In this document: positions 30,287 to 39,986 of the stretch, piece after piece
Layout of the letters: each line of letters begins with the position of its first letter
Numbering within the stretch: the stretch's first letter is position 1
Origin: Candidatus Latescibacterota bacterium
GTDB taxonomy: Bacteria; Latescibacterota; UBA2968; GCA-2709665
Length of the DNA: 64,000 nt
Assembly (NCBI GenBank): GCA_963662665.2
Contig: CAXXJS010000010.1
Coordinates: forward strand, 160,001-224,000
Direction of reading: 5' to 3'
Notes under the pieces: model-generated
The model's input: the letters and a program-made list of their open reading frames with translations, nothing else
The model's database searches: none
Told to the model about the DNA's origin: nothing
Program-made: the position numbers and the translations under genes

Positions 30287-30506
30287 ATCAGCAATCAGCA
30301 ATGAGCTCTCAGCCGTCGGCCAAAACCAGACCTCTCCCCCCGGCCCCCTCTCCCAAGGGAGAGGGGGAGCAAGGCGGGATGTCGCCATGTCGACTTTCCG
30401 AAAACTATCTGAATGATAGGAAATCGCCGTCCCGGCACGTGCGCAAGCCCTGTACATTGGCCCATCACCATTCCCCCTTCCTTCAGGAAGGCGGTTACGG
30501 GGCAGG
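30287..30506 (+). repeat. composite heptamer array plus REP-like hairpin element, copy A
   Basis: AATCAGC AATCAGC AATGAGC TCTCAGC, GCCAAAACC, then CCCCCTCTCCC-aa-GGGAGAGGGGG and a second TCCCCCTTCC hairpin; inverted homolog at 55372-55571. Confidence 0.7.
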
Positions 30507-30548
30507 TGTCACCTGATTCGACATTTCCGAACCGTGAAGGATTGTATC

Positions 30549-30965
30549 ATGACGGAACTTGCGACCGGCGAGGTCCAGGATCTTCTGGATGTTCTGAAAA
30601 GTGCTGTAATCGAGGGAAATTCCCACGCGTTGGGGCAGGTCCTCGCAAAGGACGTGTGCGCGTTTTTTTCGGGAGGAGACACACCGGTACGCGGCAGGGA
30701 GGCGGTGCTGGCAACATGGGATCGGCACTTCAAGCGCTGGACCGACGTTCGAATCGTGCGAAGGGATACCTTGGTGGGAACACAGGGGTGTGTGGCCTGG
30801 GGGCACTTTCTCTGGGACGGCGAAGGCACGATGGGCGAGCAACGCTACAGGTTGGAAGGCGAGCGGTGGACCGTGGTTCTTCAATTTAATAGCGGATCCT
30901 GGCGGTTCGTACAGATGCATTCGTCCATGCCATACAGGGATTGGGAATCCCATCGGGCGGAGTGA
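30549..30965 (+). CDS. SnoaL/NTF2-like (DUF4440) protein
   Basis: VRGREAV..W, RWTVVL....GSWRFVQMHSS. Confidence 0.8.
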   Translation: MTELATGEVQDLLDVLKSAVIEGNSHALGQVLAKDVCAFFSGGDTPVRGREAVLATWDRHFKRWTDVRIVRRDTLVGTQGCVAWGHFLWDGEGTMGEQRYRLEGERWTVVLQFNSGSWRFVQMHSSMPYRDWESHRAE

Positions 30966-31013
30966 TTTTCCCGGAAATGCGTAGGCGACGACCGATTTCA
31001 GGAGGGGCATGCG

Positions 31014-32132
31014 GTGGAGGGATTGCCCGAGACGATTCTGCAATTTGGCGGTGGCAATTTTCTCCGGTCGTTCGCCGACGTGTTCGTTCACGAGGCGAAT
31101 GCCGGCGGTGATGCCGTGGGGCGCGTCGTGGTCGTACAGTCCACCGAGGGCAATCGTGCGGCGCTGCTGAACGCGCAGGGCGGGCGGTATCACGTGGTTT
31201 TCAGGGGTCTGGTGGATGGGCGGGAAATTGACAGAACGCTCGAAGTTCGGAGTGTCAGCCGGGCAGTACTCGCGAAATCCGAGTGGACGAAGGTGATGGA
31301 GGTCGCCCGGTCGCCGGCTTTGCGCCTGGTCATTTCCAATACGACCGAAGCGGGTTACAAGCTCGTTGACCAAGACATTCCCGAAACCCCCCGCTCCTTC
31401 CCCGCCCGACTGCTCTGCGTTCTTCGAGCACGCTACGAAGCCGGTCTGACGGGTCTTTCGGTGTTTCCCTGCGAGCTGGTAGAGCCGAATGGCGAGTTGC
31501 TGCGGGAACTGGTGCTTGCCCAGGCCGATGCCTGGCGTATGGAAGCGGGGTTTCATGACTGGATCCTCCGGGAGGTGGGTTGGGTGAACACGCTGGTGGA
31601 CCGGATCGTAAGCGGCAGAACGCAAGCGCATCCGCATCTGGCGTCGGACGAACTGCTGACGGTAGCGGAGCCGTTTGCACTCTGGGTGGTGGAGGGGGGA
31701 GCGGGGGATCTCTTCGCGCACCGTTGTGTCCGATTCGTTGACGACGTCCGACCGTATGCATTGCGGAAGGTGCGCATCCTGAACGGAGCGCATACGGCAC
31801 TGGTGTGCAAGGCGCTTCCATTGGGATTGGAGACGGTCCGGGAGGCGGTTGAGGATCCGGTGGTCGGACCGTGGCTGAGGCGCCTGGTTTTCCAGGAAAT
31901 CGTGCCCACGCTCGAGGATGTCGTGGAAGATGCCGGACGGTTCGCGGAACAGGCCCTGGAGCGATTTGCCAACCCCTTCCTGGATCACCGGCTTGAGGAT
32001 ATCGCGTTGCACCATGCAGAGAAAGTAAGGGTCAGGCTGATGCCGACCTGCGAGGCGTTTCTGGACGCATTCGGACGGCCGCCGGACTTGCTTGGGAAAC
32101 TGGTCGCCCCGTATCGGGAAGCGTGGCGATGA
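31014..32132 (+). CDS. uxaB: altronate / tagaturonate oxidoreductase (mannitol dehydrogenase family)
   Basis: ILQFGGGNFLRSFAD, ISNTTEAG, PCEL, NTLVDRIV, RKVRILNGAHT, ERFANPFL. Confidence 0.88.
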   Translation: MEGLPETILQFGGGNFLRSFADVFVHEANAGGDAVGRVVVVQSTEGNRAALLNAQGGRYHVVFRGLVDGREIDRTLEVRSVSRAVLAKSEWTKVMEVARSPALRLVISNTTEAGYKLVDQDIPETPRSFPARLLCVLRARYEAGLTGLSVFPCELVEPNGELLRELVLAQADAWRMEAGFHDWILREVGWVNTLVDRIVSGRTQAHPHLASDELLTVAEPFALWVVEGGAGDLFAHRCVRFVDDVRPYALRKVRILNGAHTALVCKALPLGLETVREAVEDPVVGPWLRRLVFQEIVPTLEDVVEDAGRFAEQALERFANPFLDHRLEDIALHHAEKVRVRLMPTCEAFLDAFGRPPDLLGKLVAPYREAWR

Positions 32133-32374
32133 CGGACTCCGATAGTCTCCGATATGCGATTCCTGCAGGCATCGGCCGGTACGAAAAAGAGATTGAACGC
32201 AGCCGGTTCATTGCTACATTATCCCACGCAGGAACGGCGCATGCGGCGAAGTCGTTCATAGACCGGATACGTGCGGAGTTCCCCGACGCAAGTCACCATT
32301 GCCGGGCATATCTGATCGGGCTGCCGGGGGTCTTTATGACAAATGCCCAGGTCAAGGGAGGCGTTGATGGATAA
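32129..32374 (+). pseudogene. yigZ: N-terminal fragment of YigZ/IMPACT family protein
   Basis: EIERSRFIA...FPDASHHCRAYLIG; similarity stops before the SDDGEP-GTAG motif. Confidence 0.75.
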
Positions 32375-33596
32375 GGCAGCACTATTGGGCGGCACGCCAG
32401 TCAGAACCAAGCCGTTTCCATCCTGGCCGCAGTCGGACGGGCGCGACCTGGACTATCTGCGCGAAGTGCTGGGTACCAGTCTATGGGGAGGTACCATTCA
32501 CGGTCCGAGGGTCTCGGCGTTCTGCGATGCGTTCGCACAATATGCGGATGCGCGGCACGGCGTGGGTATGGGCAGCTGTACGGCCGGGCTGGAGTTGTCC
32601 CTCCGCGCATTTGGCATCGGACCGGGAGACGAAGTCATCGTCCCGGCATACACGTTCATCGCAACCGCGCTGGCGCCGCTTGCCATCGGCGCAGACATTG
32701 TTTTCGTGGACATCGACCCGCGGACGTTCTGTGCAACACCGGAGACGATAGAAGAAGCCATATCACCGCGCACGAAAGCGGTGATTCCCGTCCATTTTGC
32801 AGGGCACGCGGCCGACGTGGAAGGAATTCGGGCGTTGGCGGACAGGCACGAGCTGAAAGTTGTATGGGACGCGGCCCACGCGCACACGTCCGGTTGGCGG
32901 GGCAAAATGATCGGCGGTCTGGGGGACGTGGCTGTCTACAGTTTCAACCATGCGAAGAATCTGACCTGCGGCGAGGGAGGGATTGTTACCACGAACGACG
33001 AAGGGCTGGCGGATTTTCTGAAGTTCACGCTGTCTACCTTCGGACGGAAGAAGGACCGGCCATGGTACGAACATCACCATCTGGGGTTTTCGGATCCGTT
33101 GACGGAGTTTCAAGGCGCCATTCTGCAGGCGCAGTTTGAGCGGCTGGAGGAGCAGAGCCTGAAGCGCGAGGCCAATGCCAGTTTGCTGATTCGAGGGCTG
33201 ACTGAAATTGAGGGGGTCGATCCACCATTTATCTCGCCCGAGGTCACACGCCACGGCTGGCACGTGTTTGTCATGACCTATAACGGAGACGCGTTCGAGG
33301 GGCTTCCCAGGGAGACGTTCCTGAGGGCGCTTGAAGCAGAGGGAATTTCGAACGGCGGGTATACCTACCCATTGTATGACAATCCGATGTTCAACACGGA
33401 AACGGGCGAGGTTGCCGGAGCGCAGGGCAGGTGCCGCGTGATGCCCTGTCCGGTGAGCGAATGGGCCTGCAGGGACGGCGTATTCAATATAGCACAATCG
33501 GCGCTTTTGGATGAGCCCGACGGGATGAACGATATCGTGACCGCGATCGAGAAAGTGAAAGCCAATACCAAAGAGCTGATGGACCTGAAGGAGTAA
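32367..33596 (+). CDS. DegT/DnrJ/EryC1/StrS family sugar aminotransferase
   Basis: GDEVIVPAYTFIATA, PVHFAG, DAAHAH, SFNHAKNLTCGEGG. Confidence 0.93.
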   Translation: MDKAALLGGTPVRTKPFPSWPQSDGRDLDYLREVLGTSLWGGTIHGPRVSAFCDAFAQYADARHGVGMGSCTAGLELSLRAFGIGPGDEVIVPAYTFIATALAPLAIGADIVFVDIDPRTFCATPETIEEAISPRTKAVIPVHFAGHAADVEGIRALADRHELKVVWDAAHAHTSGWRGKMIGGLGDVAVYSFNHAKNLTCGEGGIVTTNDEGLADFLKFTLSTFGRKKDRPWYEHHHLGFSDPLTEFQGAILQAQFERLEEQSLKREANASLLIRGLTEIEGVDPPFISPEVTRHGWHVFVMTYNGDAFEGLPRETFLRALEAEGISNGGYTYPLYDNPMFNTETGEVAGAQGRCRVMPCPVSEWACRDGVFNIAQSALLDEPDGMNDIVTAIEKVKANTKELMDLKE

Positions 33597-33599
33597 GCG

Positions 33600-34415
33600 A
33601 TGGCCGAGACGGTTGCACTGACACTGTCACAGCGGTATCATTTCGATACCTACGGGTACGTGCTGCTGGAAGACGCGTTGACGCCGGACCAGGTGGAGCG
33701 AATGAAGGCGGCGCTTTACCGTCTGAAGGCCAACCCGGCGGCCGCTTTGGGTGTTTATGTTCGTCCAAGAGGCGATCATCATGTGCTTTTTGGAAACCTG
33801 GTGGAGTACGACCCCGCCTTGCTGGAATATGCCGCCCACCCCGGGCTTGTGCCCCTGGTGGAAGAGGTGGTAGGCGGTGCGGTGCGGCTGGAGGAGACTG
33901 AGGCGATAATCAACCGGCGTGACCCGCAGGCGGATCTGAATCAACTTCGGAAGCGCCGGACCAATCCGACGGGTTTTCACAGGGGCACAACGGCGACGTG
34001 GGGCTGCTATACGGAGCAGGATCGGTACCACTGTATCTTTGTAAAGACGCTCGCCTATCTGACGGACGTGGGGCCGGACGACGGAGGCACCTGCCTGATT
34101 CCCGGCAGCCACCGGTTGACGTGGCCCCGGGAGGAGATGATCCGGGCGGCCATGGACGACGAACGGCTGATCCACCAGGTAGAGGCCAGGGCAGGTTCGG
34201 TGCTCCTGTTCGGGGAGTCGCTGATTCACAGCACTACTGCGATCCGGAGCGACAGAGAGCGGGTGATTCTGGTTGCGGGATACACGCCGCCGATGCTCCG
34301 CGAGTGGATGGGCAACGAAGTCAGCCCCGAATTTGTCGCGTCCCTGCCGGAAGAGATGCGCCCGCTGATTTCAGGCAGCGACAGCTGGAACTGGCGGCGG
34401 AATTATTCACAGTAG
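33600..34415 (+). CDS. PhyH-family Fe(II)/2OG oxygenase with HxG motif
   Basis: FDTYGYVLLEDAL, FHRG, YLTDVGPDDGGTCLIPGSH, AGSVLLFGESLIH. Confidence 0.88.
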   Translation: MAETVALTLSQRYHFDTYGYVLLEDALTPDQVERMKAALYRLKANPAAALGVYVRPRGDHHVLFGNLVEYDPALLEYAAHPGLVPLVEEVVGGAVRLEETEAIINRRDPQADLNQLRKRRTNPTGFHRGTTATWGCYTEQDRYHCIFVKTLAYLTDVGPDDGGTCLIPGSHRLTWPREEMIRAAMDDERLIHQVEARAGSVLLFGESLIHSTTAIRSDRERVILVAGYTPPMLREWMGNEVSPEFVASLPEEMRPLISGSDSWNWRRNYSQ

Positions 34416-34442
34416 AGTTGATTCTTTCAAGGAGTTTTCCCA

Positions 34443-35186
34443 ATGGCGGACGAGCGTGTATTTGTAGGGGATCTGACCCGGACCGAATTTCGGGAGCGTA
34501 TGGAGTCGGGTGTGATTCAGGCGGCAATTGTGCCAACCGGCGCCACGGAGCAGCACAACGAGCACCTGGAGATGATTCACGATGCATTTCACGTGAGTCA
34601 CGTCGCGGAACAGGCTGCCAGACGGCTTCATCCCCGGGTTGTGGTGGCCTCACCCGTAAGCATTGGCGTATCGGAGCAGTGGATGGCGCATATCGGGACC
34701 CTGACGGTTCGGCCGGAGATCTTCTGCGAGTACGTTTACGACGTCTGCGATTCACTCCGGCGGGCGGGTATCGGGAATATACTGATTCTGAACGGCCACG
34801 GGGGCAACGTGAAGCCACTCATGCGCCGCATCGACGAGTACCGGGATCGGCTGGGCGTGAATCTCCGGTTTCAGTCGTACTGGGACGTGTACGATCCCGC
34901 GCTCGTTTTTTCGACGATGGAAACCAGACGTCTGCCCGGACATGCCTGTGAATACGAAACCTCAACGATGATGGCGCTCGCTCCGGAAAGGGTACACGCG
35001 GAGGCAATTGTCAATGAGGCTGCGATGCTGGCAACGAAGGAAAAAGGCGATCGGCTGCTCGGTCCGGCGGTTGAGGGTGTTGCGGACGTGCTGAGCAGCA
35101 TGATTGCGGGAAAAGCGGTGAACAGGCCTCCGGTCACGTACGTGGATGGGCAGCGCATTCACATGGTAACCGGCGACACGGTCTAG
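34443..35186 (+). CDS. creatininase family amidohydrolase
   Basis: PTGATEQHNEHL...D, ILNGHGGN, GHACEYETS. Confidence 0.9.
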   Translation: MADERVFVGDLTRTEFRERMESGVIQAAIVPTGATEQHNEHLEMIHDAFHVSHVAEQAARRLHPRVVVASPVSIGVSEQWMAHIGTLTVRPEIFCEYVYDVCDSLRRAGIGNILILNGHGGNVKPLMRRIDEYRDRLGVNLRFQSYWDVYDPALVFSTMETRRLPGHACEYETSTMMALAPERVHAEAIVNEAAMLATKEKGDRLLGPAVEGVADVLSSMIAGKAVNRPPVTYVDGQRIHMVTGDTV

Positions 35187-35206
35187 CGTCCCATGGCGTT
35201 GCGCGT

Positions 35207-35243
35207 CACGCCGCCGCGCCTGTGCCGAAAGCGTGGTGGCGTG
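35207..35243. terminator. hairpin between convergent creatininase and tRNA genes
   Basis: CACGCCGCCGCGC...GCGTGGTGGCGTG, followed by an A-run (U-run on the minus strand). Confidence 0.55.
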
Positions 35244-35253
35244 TGGGAAAAAA

Positions 35254-35328
35254 TGGAGCCGCCCGGGGGGTTCGAACCCCCGACCTACGGATTACAAATC
35301 CGTTGCTCTACCACTGAGCTAGGGCGGC
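35254..35328 (-). tRNA. tRNA-Thr(TGT)
   Basis: GCCGCCCTAGCTCAGTGGTAGAGC-ACGGA TT TGT AA TCCGT-GGTTCGAACC-GGGCGGCTCCA cloverleaf with encoded CCA. Confidence 0.97.
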
Positions 35329-35406
35329 TTGAATTGACGACCTGTTTCGTCACATTTGAAATGAACGCCAGGGCAGCGATACTGCCCGGATGGCGCTTGC
35401 GGTTCA

Positions 35407-36819
35407 TCAAGACCGCTTCCAGATCGTACCCTCCGGTGTGTCCTCCAGCGTGTAGCCCATTTCGGTGAACCGGTCCCGAATCTCGTCCGCCCGAGCCCAA
35501 TTCCTCTCCTCCCGCGCCTGGTCGCGTTCCGCGATCAGCACCGCAAGATCCCCCGGAAGTTCCTCCTCCCGGGCATCGTCTGCAGCCCCGTCGAAAACCC
35601 CCAGGACCTGATCGATCTCGTCCAGAAAGCCGTCGATCAGGCCGGCGCCGTCCCGGTCCATTCGTCCCGCACGGAGCAGATCCTCTACCCCATTTACCAT
35701 CTCAAATACGGCGCTCATCGCGCGCGGCGTGTTCAAGTCGTCATCCATAAACCCGACGAACCCCTCGCGGGCCGCGTCGACCTGCGACGTCACGTCCTCC
35801 CCTCCGCACTTCCGCGTGACTTCGCTCAGCCTGCGCCTGAAGTTGTCCAGCCTTCGCATGGTATTCCGGGCGGCGTCTAGCACTTCCGCGGAGAAATTGA
35901 ACGCGGTACGATAATGATTGCTCACCACCAGGTACCGGAAAGCGCGCGCGTCATCGGGCGTATTCACGATATCCCGCACGGTCAGGAAGTTGCCGAGGCT
36001 CTTGGACATCTTTTCGTCGTCGACATTGATATGCGCGCCGTGCAGCCAGTAATTGACGAAGCGTTTTCCCGTGACTGCCTCGCTCTGCGCGATCTCGTTC
36101 TGATGGTGCGGGAATATCAGGTCCACCGCCCCGGCGTGGATGTCGATGGTTTCCCCGAGATATCTGATGGACATGCAGGAGCACTCCATATGCCAGCCCG
36201 GCCTTCCCGTACCCAGATCCGTTTTCCAGAAAACGTCTCCGTCCTCCGGCTTCCACTTCTTCCACAACACGAAATCCCGTGCGTCGTCCTTGTCGTACTT
36301 GTCCGTATCCACACCGCTGGCGCCTGCCTGGAGTCCGGAAACGTCCAGTCGCGCCAGTTCCCCGTACGAAGGAAAGCTCCGTATCGAAAAATACACGGAT
36401 CCGTCGTGCACGTATGCGTGACCGTCTTCAATCATCCGCGCGATCATTTCCACCATATCGGGGATGTGGTCCGTCGCTCTCGGATAGTGATCGGCCGGGC
36501 GCACGTTCAACGTTTCCATATCCTCGAAAAACGCGGCTGTAAACCGCTCGGTGAGCGCCTTCAGCGTTGTCTTTTCTTCGCGCACTTTACCGATAATATT
36601 GTCGTCCACGTCCGTGATATTCATCACGTGGCAGACCTGATAGCCCCGGTAATCCAGATAGCGCTTGATCAGGTCGAAGACGACAAATGTCTTGAAATTC
36701 CCGATATGGGAATAATCGTGAACCGTGGGCCCGCAACTGTAGAACGTGACCTTGCCGGGCTCAATCTCTTTGAAGTCCTCTTTTTCCCGGGTCAGACTGT
36801 TGAAGAGTCGAATGGCCAT
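35407..36819 (-). CDS. cysS: cysteine--tRNA ligase
   Basis: YSCGPTV, HIGN, NITDVDD, GRPGWHMEC, FPHHQNE, KMSKS. Confidence 0.97.
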   Translation of the reverse strand: MAIRLFNSLTREKEDFKEIEPGKVTFYSCGPTVHDYSHIGNFKTFVVFDLIKRYLDYRGYQVCHVMNITDVDDNIIGKVREEKTTLKALTERFTAAFFEDMETLNVRPADHYPRATDHIPDMVEMIARMIEDGHAYVHDGSVYFSIRSFPSYGELARLDVSGLQAGASGVDTDKYDKDDARDFVLWKKWKPEDGDVFWKTDLGTGRPGWHMECSCMSIRYLGETIDIHAGAVDLIFPHHQNEIAQSEAVTGKRFVNYWLHGAHINVDDEKMSKSLGNFLTVRDIVNTPDDARAFRYLVVSNHYRTAFNFSAEVLDAARNTMRRLDNFRRRLSEVTRKCGGEDVTSQVDAAREGFVGFMDDDLNTPRAMSAVFEMVNGVEDLLRAGRMDRDGAGLIDGFLDEIDQVLGVFDGAADDAREEELPGDLAVLIAERDQAREERNWARADEIRDRFTEMGYTLEDTPEGTIWKRS

Positions 36820-36822
36820 TGA

Positions 36823-36860
36823 CGTTCCCTCGTACTCTCGTTCCCTCGTACTCTCGTTCC
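36823..36860. repeat. 16-bp tandem repeat (2.4 copies) at the cysS RBS
   Basis: CGTTCCCTCGTACTCT x2 plus CGTTCC. Confidence 0.8.
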
Positions 36861-36879
36861 GCAACCCTGTCGCGCACGG

Positions 36880-37983
36880 CTATAAGGAGGTTTTCAACCG
36901 CCGCTCCCGACCGTGTCGTTTAAACGCGAGCTGAATCAGGCGGTCGACCAGTTCCGTATAGGACATTCCGCTCGCTTCCCACAGTTTCGGATACATACTG
37001 ATCCGCGTAAAGCCGGGAATGGTATTGATTTCGTTGATCAGCACGTCGTCCCGGCCGCGCACAAAGCAATCCACGCGAGCCATTCCCTCACAGCATAGCA
37101 CCTTGTAAGCCTGAATGGCCAACGCCTGAACGGTGTGTACCGTCGCCCGTGGAAGATCCGCCGGAATTGCCAGTCCGGCTCCCTGCTCATCGATATATTT
37201 CGCTTCATACGTGTAGAACCGGTGATGCGGTATAATCTCACCGGGAACGGACGCGACGGGATCTTCGTTGCCCAGCACCGAGACCTCGATTTCGCGGCCC
37301 CCCGCGTCTGCCTCGACCAGGACCTTGTGGTCGTACTGAAACGCAAGTTCGAGCGCATCGGCAAACATCTCAGGCCCGTCTACCCGGCTCACGCCCACCG
37401 ACGAACCCAGATTGGCCGGCTTTACAAAAACGGGCATTCCGAGCCGGCTCACAACCGCATCGAAATCAATTCGAACGCTGGACCGGGAGAATGCCAGAAA
37501 GTCAGGAGTCGGAATGCCGGCTTCCCGCAGCAGGCGTTTCATGACGTCTTTATCCATCGCAACGGCCGAACCCAGTACACCGGCGCCAACGAATGGAATA
37601 TCGGCCAGTTTCAACATACCCTGAATGGTGCCGTCCTCGCCAAACGGCCCGTGCAGAACGGGAAACACGACGTCCAGCGCTTCCAGCCGTTCATGGTCGG
37701 ACGAACGAACGAGATGTGCACCGCCGGCGCCCCGCGGCACCAGCATCACGCCGGCATCCGTGTCGTCTGCCGTCAGCGCGGGGAGTTCCGACCCGGCAGC
37801 TTCTACATAGAGATCAGACGGAGCACTCAGGCGCCAGTTTCCTCCTCGGTCGATTCCAACCAATACCACTTCGTATTTGCTCTTGTCAATTGCCTGTATG
37901 ACGTTCCTGGCGGATTTCAGCGACACTTCGTGTTCGGCTGACTTTCCCCCGAAAAGCACACCCACGCGGATCTTTTTGCTCAT
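36880..37983 (-). CDS. ddl: D-alanine--D-alanine ligase
   Basis: [49 protein letters not shown]. Confidence 0.96.
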   Translation of the reverse strand: MSKKIRVGVLFGGKSAEHEVSLKSARNVIQAIDKSKYEVVLVGIDRGGNWRLSAPSDLYVEAAGSELPALTADDTDAGVMLVPRGAGGAHLVRSSDHERLEALDVVFPVLHGPFGEDGTIQGMLKLADIPFVGAGVLGSAVAMDKDVMKRLLREAGIPTPDFLAFSRSSVRIDFDAVVSRLGMPVFVKPANLGSSVGVSRVDGPEMFADALELAFQYDHKVLVEADAGGREIEVSVLGNEDPVASVPGEIIPHHRFYTYEAKYIDEQGAGLAIPADLPRATVHTVQALAIQAYKVLCCEGMARVDCFVRGRDDVLINEINTIPGFTRISMYPKLWEASGMSYTELVDRLIQLAFKRHGRERRLKTSL

Positions 37984-38053
37984 CGAGGTTTCCTCAACTG
38001 AAAATTGGCGCCCGTACGCTCAATTCCGGTAGGCCCTGCAATGCGGCCGGCTG

Positions 38054-38740
38054 TCAGGGCGCCCCGGAATCCGATGGTGTTTGATCTCCGCAATCCTTCG
38101 ATGCTGACCGGCCCTTCTTTCTTCGCCACAGCCAGAACCCGATCCCGCCTGCGACCATCAGTACCAGTATTACCCGATTGTAGGCCCTCATTACGTCGAC
38201 CACCAGACCCCAGTTTTCGCCCACCTTCAAACCGAAATACACCAGCAGGCTGTTCCAGAGAAGTGTACTCAGGACGACGTATATGAGCATCCTGACCGGG
38301 TGTACCCTGCTGATCCCGGCCACGATCCCGACAAACGCTCGTACGGTAGGCAAAAACCGGTTGAAAATCACAATCCGATCGCCATACCGCAAGAAACCTG
38401 CCTCCACCCGGTTCAGGTTCTTCTCTGAAAAAACCCGGGACCTGATACCCAGAAAGAATGCACGACCTTTCCAGTACGCCACCGCGTAAACCAGCAGACA
38501 TCCCAATGTGCTGCCCAGCCACATCACCACGTATGCCGGCGCCAACGGTACAATACCCATACCCGCGAGATAAGCGCCAAATACAATAAGGGTATCTCCC
38601 GGAATCGGCGGTATCAGATTCTCCAGGAAGGCGCCGAGAAACAAAAAAAAACAGATCAATTCCGGGGGCTGATCACTCAGAGTCAGCAACAACTGCTCCC
38701 ATGCCCGCGACACCCACGAAAGATCGAACAGAAAATCCAA
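38054..38740 (-). CDS. DedA family membrane protein
   Basis: FLENLIPPIPGD, FNRFLPTVR...AG. Confidence 0.9.
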   Translation of the reverse strand: MDFLFDLSWVSRAWEQLLLTLSDQPPELICFFLFLGAFLENLIPPIPGDTLIVFGAYLAGMGIVPLAPAYVVMWLGSTLGCLLVYAVAYWKGRAFFLGIRSRVFSEKNLNRVEAGFLRYGDRIVIFNRFLPTVRAFVGIVAGISRVHPVRMLIYVVLSTLLWNSLLVYFGLKVGENWGLVVDVMRAYNRVILVLMVAGGIGFWLWRRKKGRSASKDCGDQTPSDSGAP

Positions 38741-38754
38741 CCAGTCCTCCAGGT

Positions 38755-39960
38755 TTATTCCGCAGTTGCTCTTCCCTGATCCTGCGCCGGAACCCCCGGC
38801 GCGACCAGCGCGATCGCCTGAGCGGCAATTCCTTCCTCCGCTCCTACAAATCCCAGACCCTCGGTCGTGGTTGCCTTTACCGAAACCCGTTCCGCCGGGA
38901 CTCCGAGCGCCCCGGCTATTTTCACCCGCATATCCGAAATGTACGGCGAAATCTTCGGGCGCTGTGCAATAACGGTTGCGTCCACGTTCATGATCTCCGC
39001 ACCGCCGTCACGGACCAGCCCCGACACCCGCTCCAGCAGAATCAGACTCGAAATACCCGCATACGCCGGATCGGCATCCGGAAAGCGCCTGCCGATGTCG
39101 CCCAGGCCCATAGCACCTAGAACGGCATCCGCAACCGCATGGGAGAGCACATCGGCGTCGGAGTGCCCCTGAAGACCCCGGTCGAATGGAACCGGCACAC
39201 CGCCCAGAATCAGAGGGCGGCCCGCAACCAGCCGGTGCACGTCGTAACCCTGCCCGGCGCGCAGATTCGACGGTACGTTCCCGGCTCTGGATCTCAAGAT
39301 GGATTCGGCCATTGCCAGATCCTCAGGCGCCGTAATTTTCAGATTATCCTCCCGGCCCGTCACCACGTATACCGGCACATTCAGTTGTTCCAAAAGCGAC
39401 GTGTCGTCGGTACCTGTGTACCCACATCGGGCGGCCACTTCGTGTGCCCGATGCAATATCGGTGCGCGAAACGCCTGAGGGGTCTGGACGCGCCACAGCC
39501 GTGAACGGTCCAGCGTATGCAACACACGCCCGTTGTCGATTTCCTTGATCGTATCCGTTACGGGCGTACCCAGAACCGCCGAACCCTTCTCACGCGCCAG
39601 ATCGATGACAGCGTCAATCTGTTCGGGCAGAACCAGCGGCCGCGCCCCATCATGCACGACAATGACGCCGGCGTCTTCCGGTACCGCCCGAAGACCCTCC
39701 GCAACAGAATCCTGGCGCTGCTCCCCTCCCGTCACCACGGCGGTTACCTTGCTTATGCCCCACTCGCGAACGACCTTCCTGCATCGATCCACGCTATCCG
39801 CCAGCGTGACGAGCACAACGCGTTCGACCTGTTCTGCACGCTCGAAGGCCGCTAACGCATGGACAAGCATCGGCCGCCCTGCCAGGTCAATGAATTGCTT
39901 CGGCAGGACGCTCCCCATCCGCCGACCGGAGCCGGCGGCAAGCAGGATCGCGTAAACCAT
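38755..39960 (-). CDS. ispDF: bifunctional IspD/IspF
   Basis: LAAGSGRRMG, VHDGARP, VQTPQAF (IspD); GQGYDVH, GHSDADV, VKATTTEGLG (IspF). Confidence 0.95.
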   Translation of the reverse strand: MVYAILLAAGSGRRMGSVLPKQFIDLAGRPMLVHALAAFERAEQVERVVLVTLADSVDRCRKVVREWGISKVTAVVTGGEQRQDSVAEGLRAVPEDAGVIVVHDGARPLVLPEQIDAVIDLAREKGSAVLGTPVTDTIKEIDNGRVLHTLDRSRLWRVQTPQAFRAPILHRAHEVAARCGYTGTDDTSLLEQLNVPVYVVTGREDNLKITAPEDLAMAESILRSRAGNVPSNLRAGQGYDVHRLVAGRPLILGGVPVPFDRGLQGHSDADVLSHAVADAVLGAMGLGDIGRRFPDADPAYAGISSLILLERVSGLVRDGGAEIMNVDATVIAQRPKISPYISDMRVKIAGALGVPAERVSVKATTTEGLGFVGAEEGIAAQAIALVAPGVPAQDQGRATAE

Positions 39961-39986
39961 AGAGAACCACGAATCTTTCCCGCCGC

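Noticed and set aside
32318-35270. Integrative element at the tRNA-Thr 3' end (att duplication)
   Set aside because: Only a weak GC-rich resemblance (GCTGCCGGGGG versus GCCGCCCGGGGGG) and no integrase in the window.
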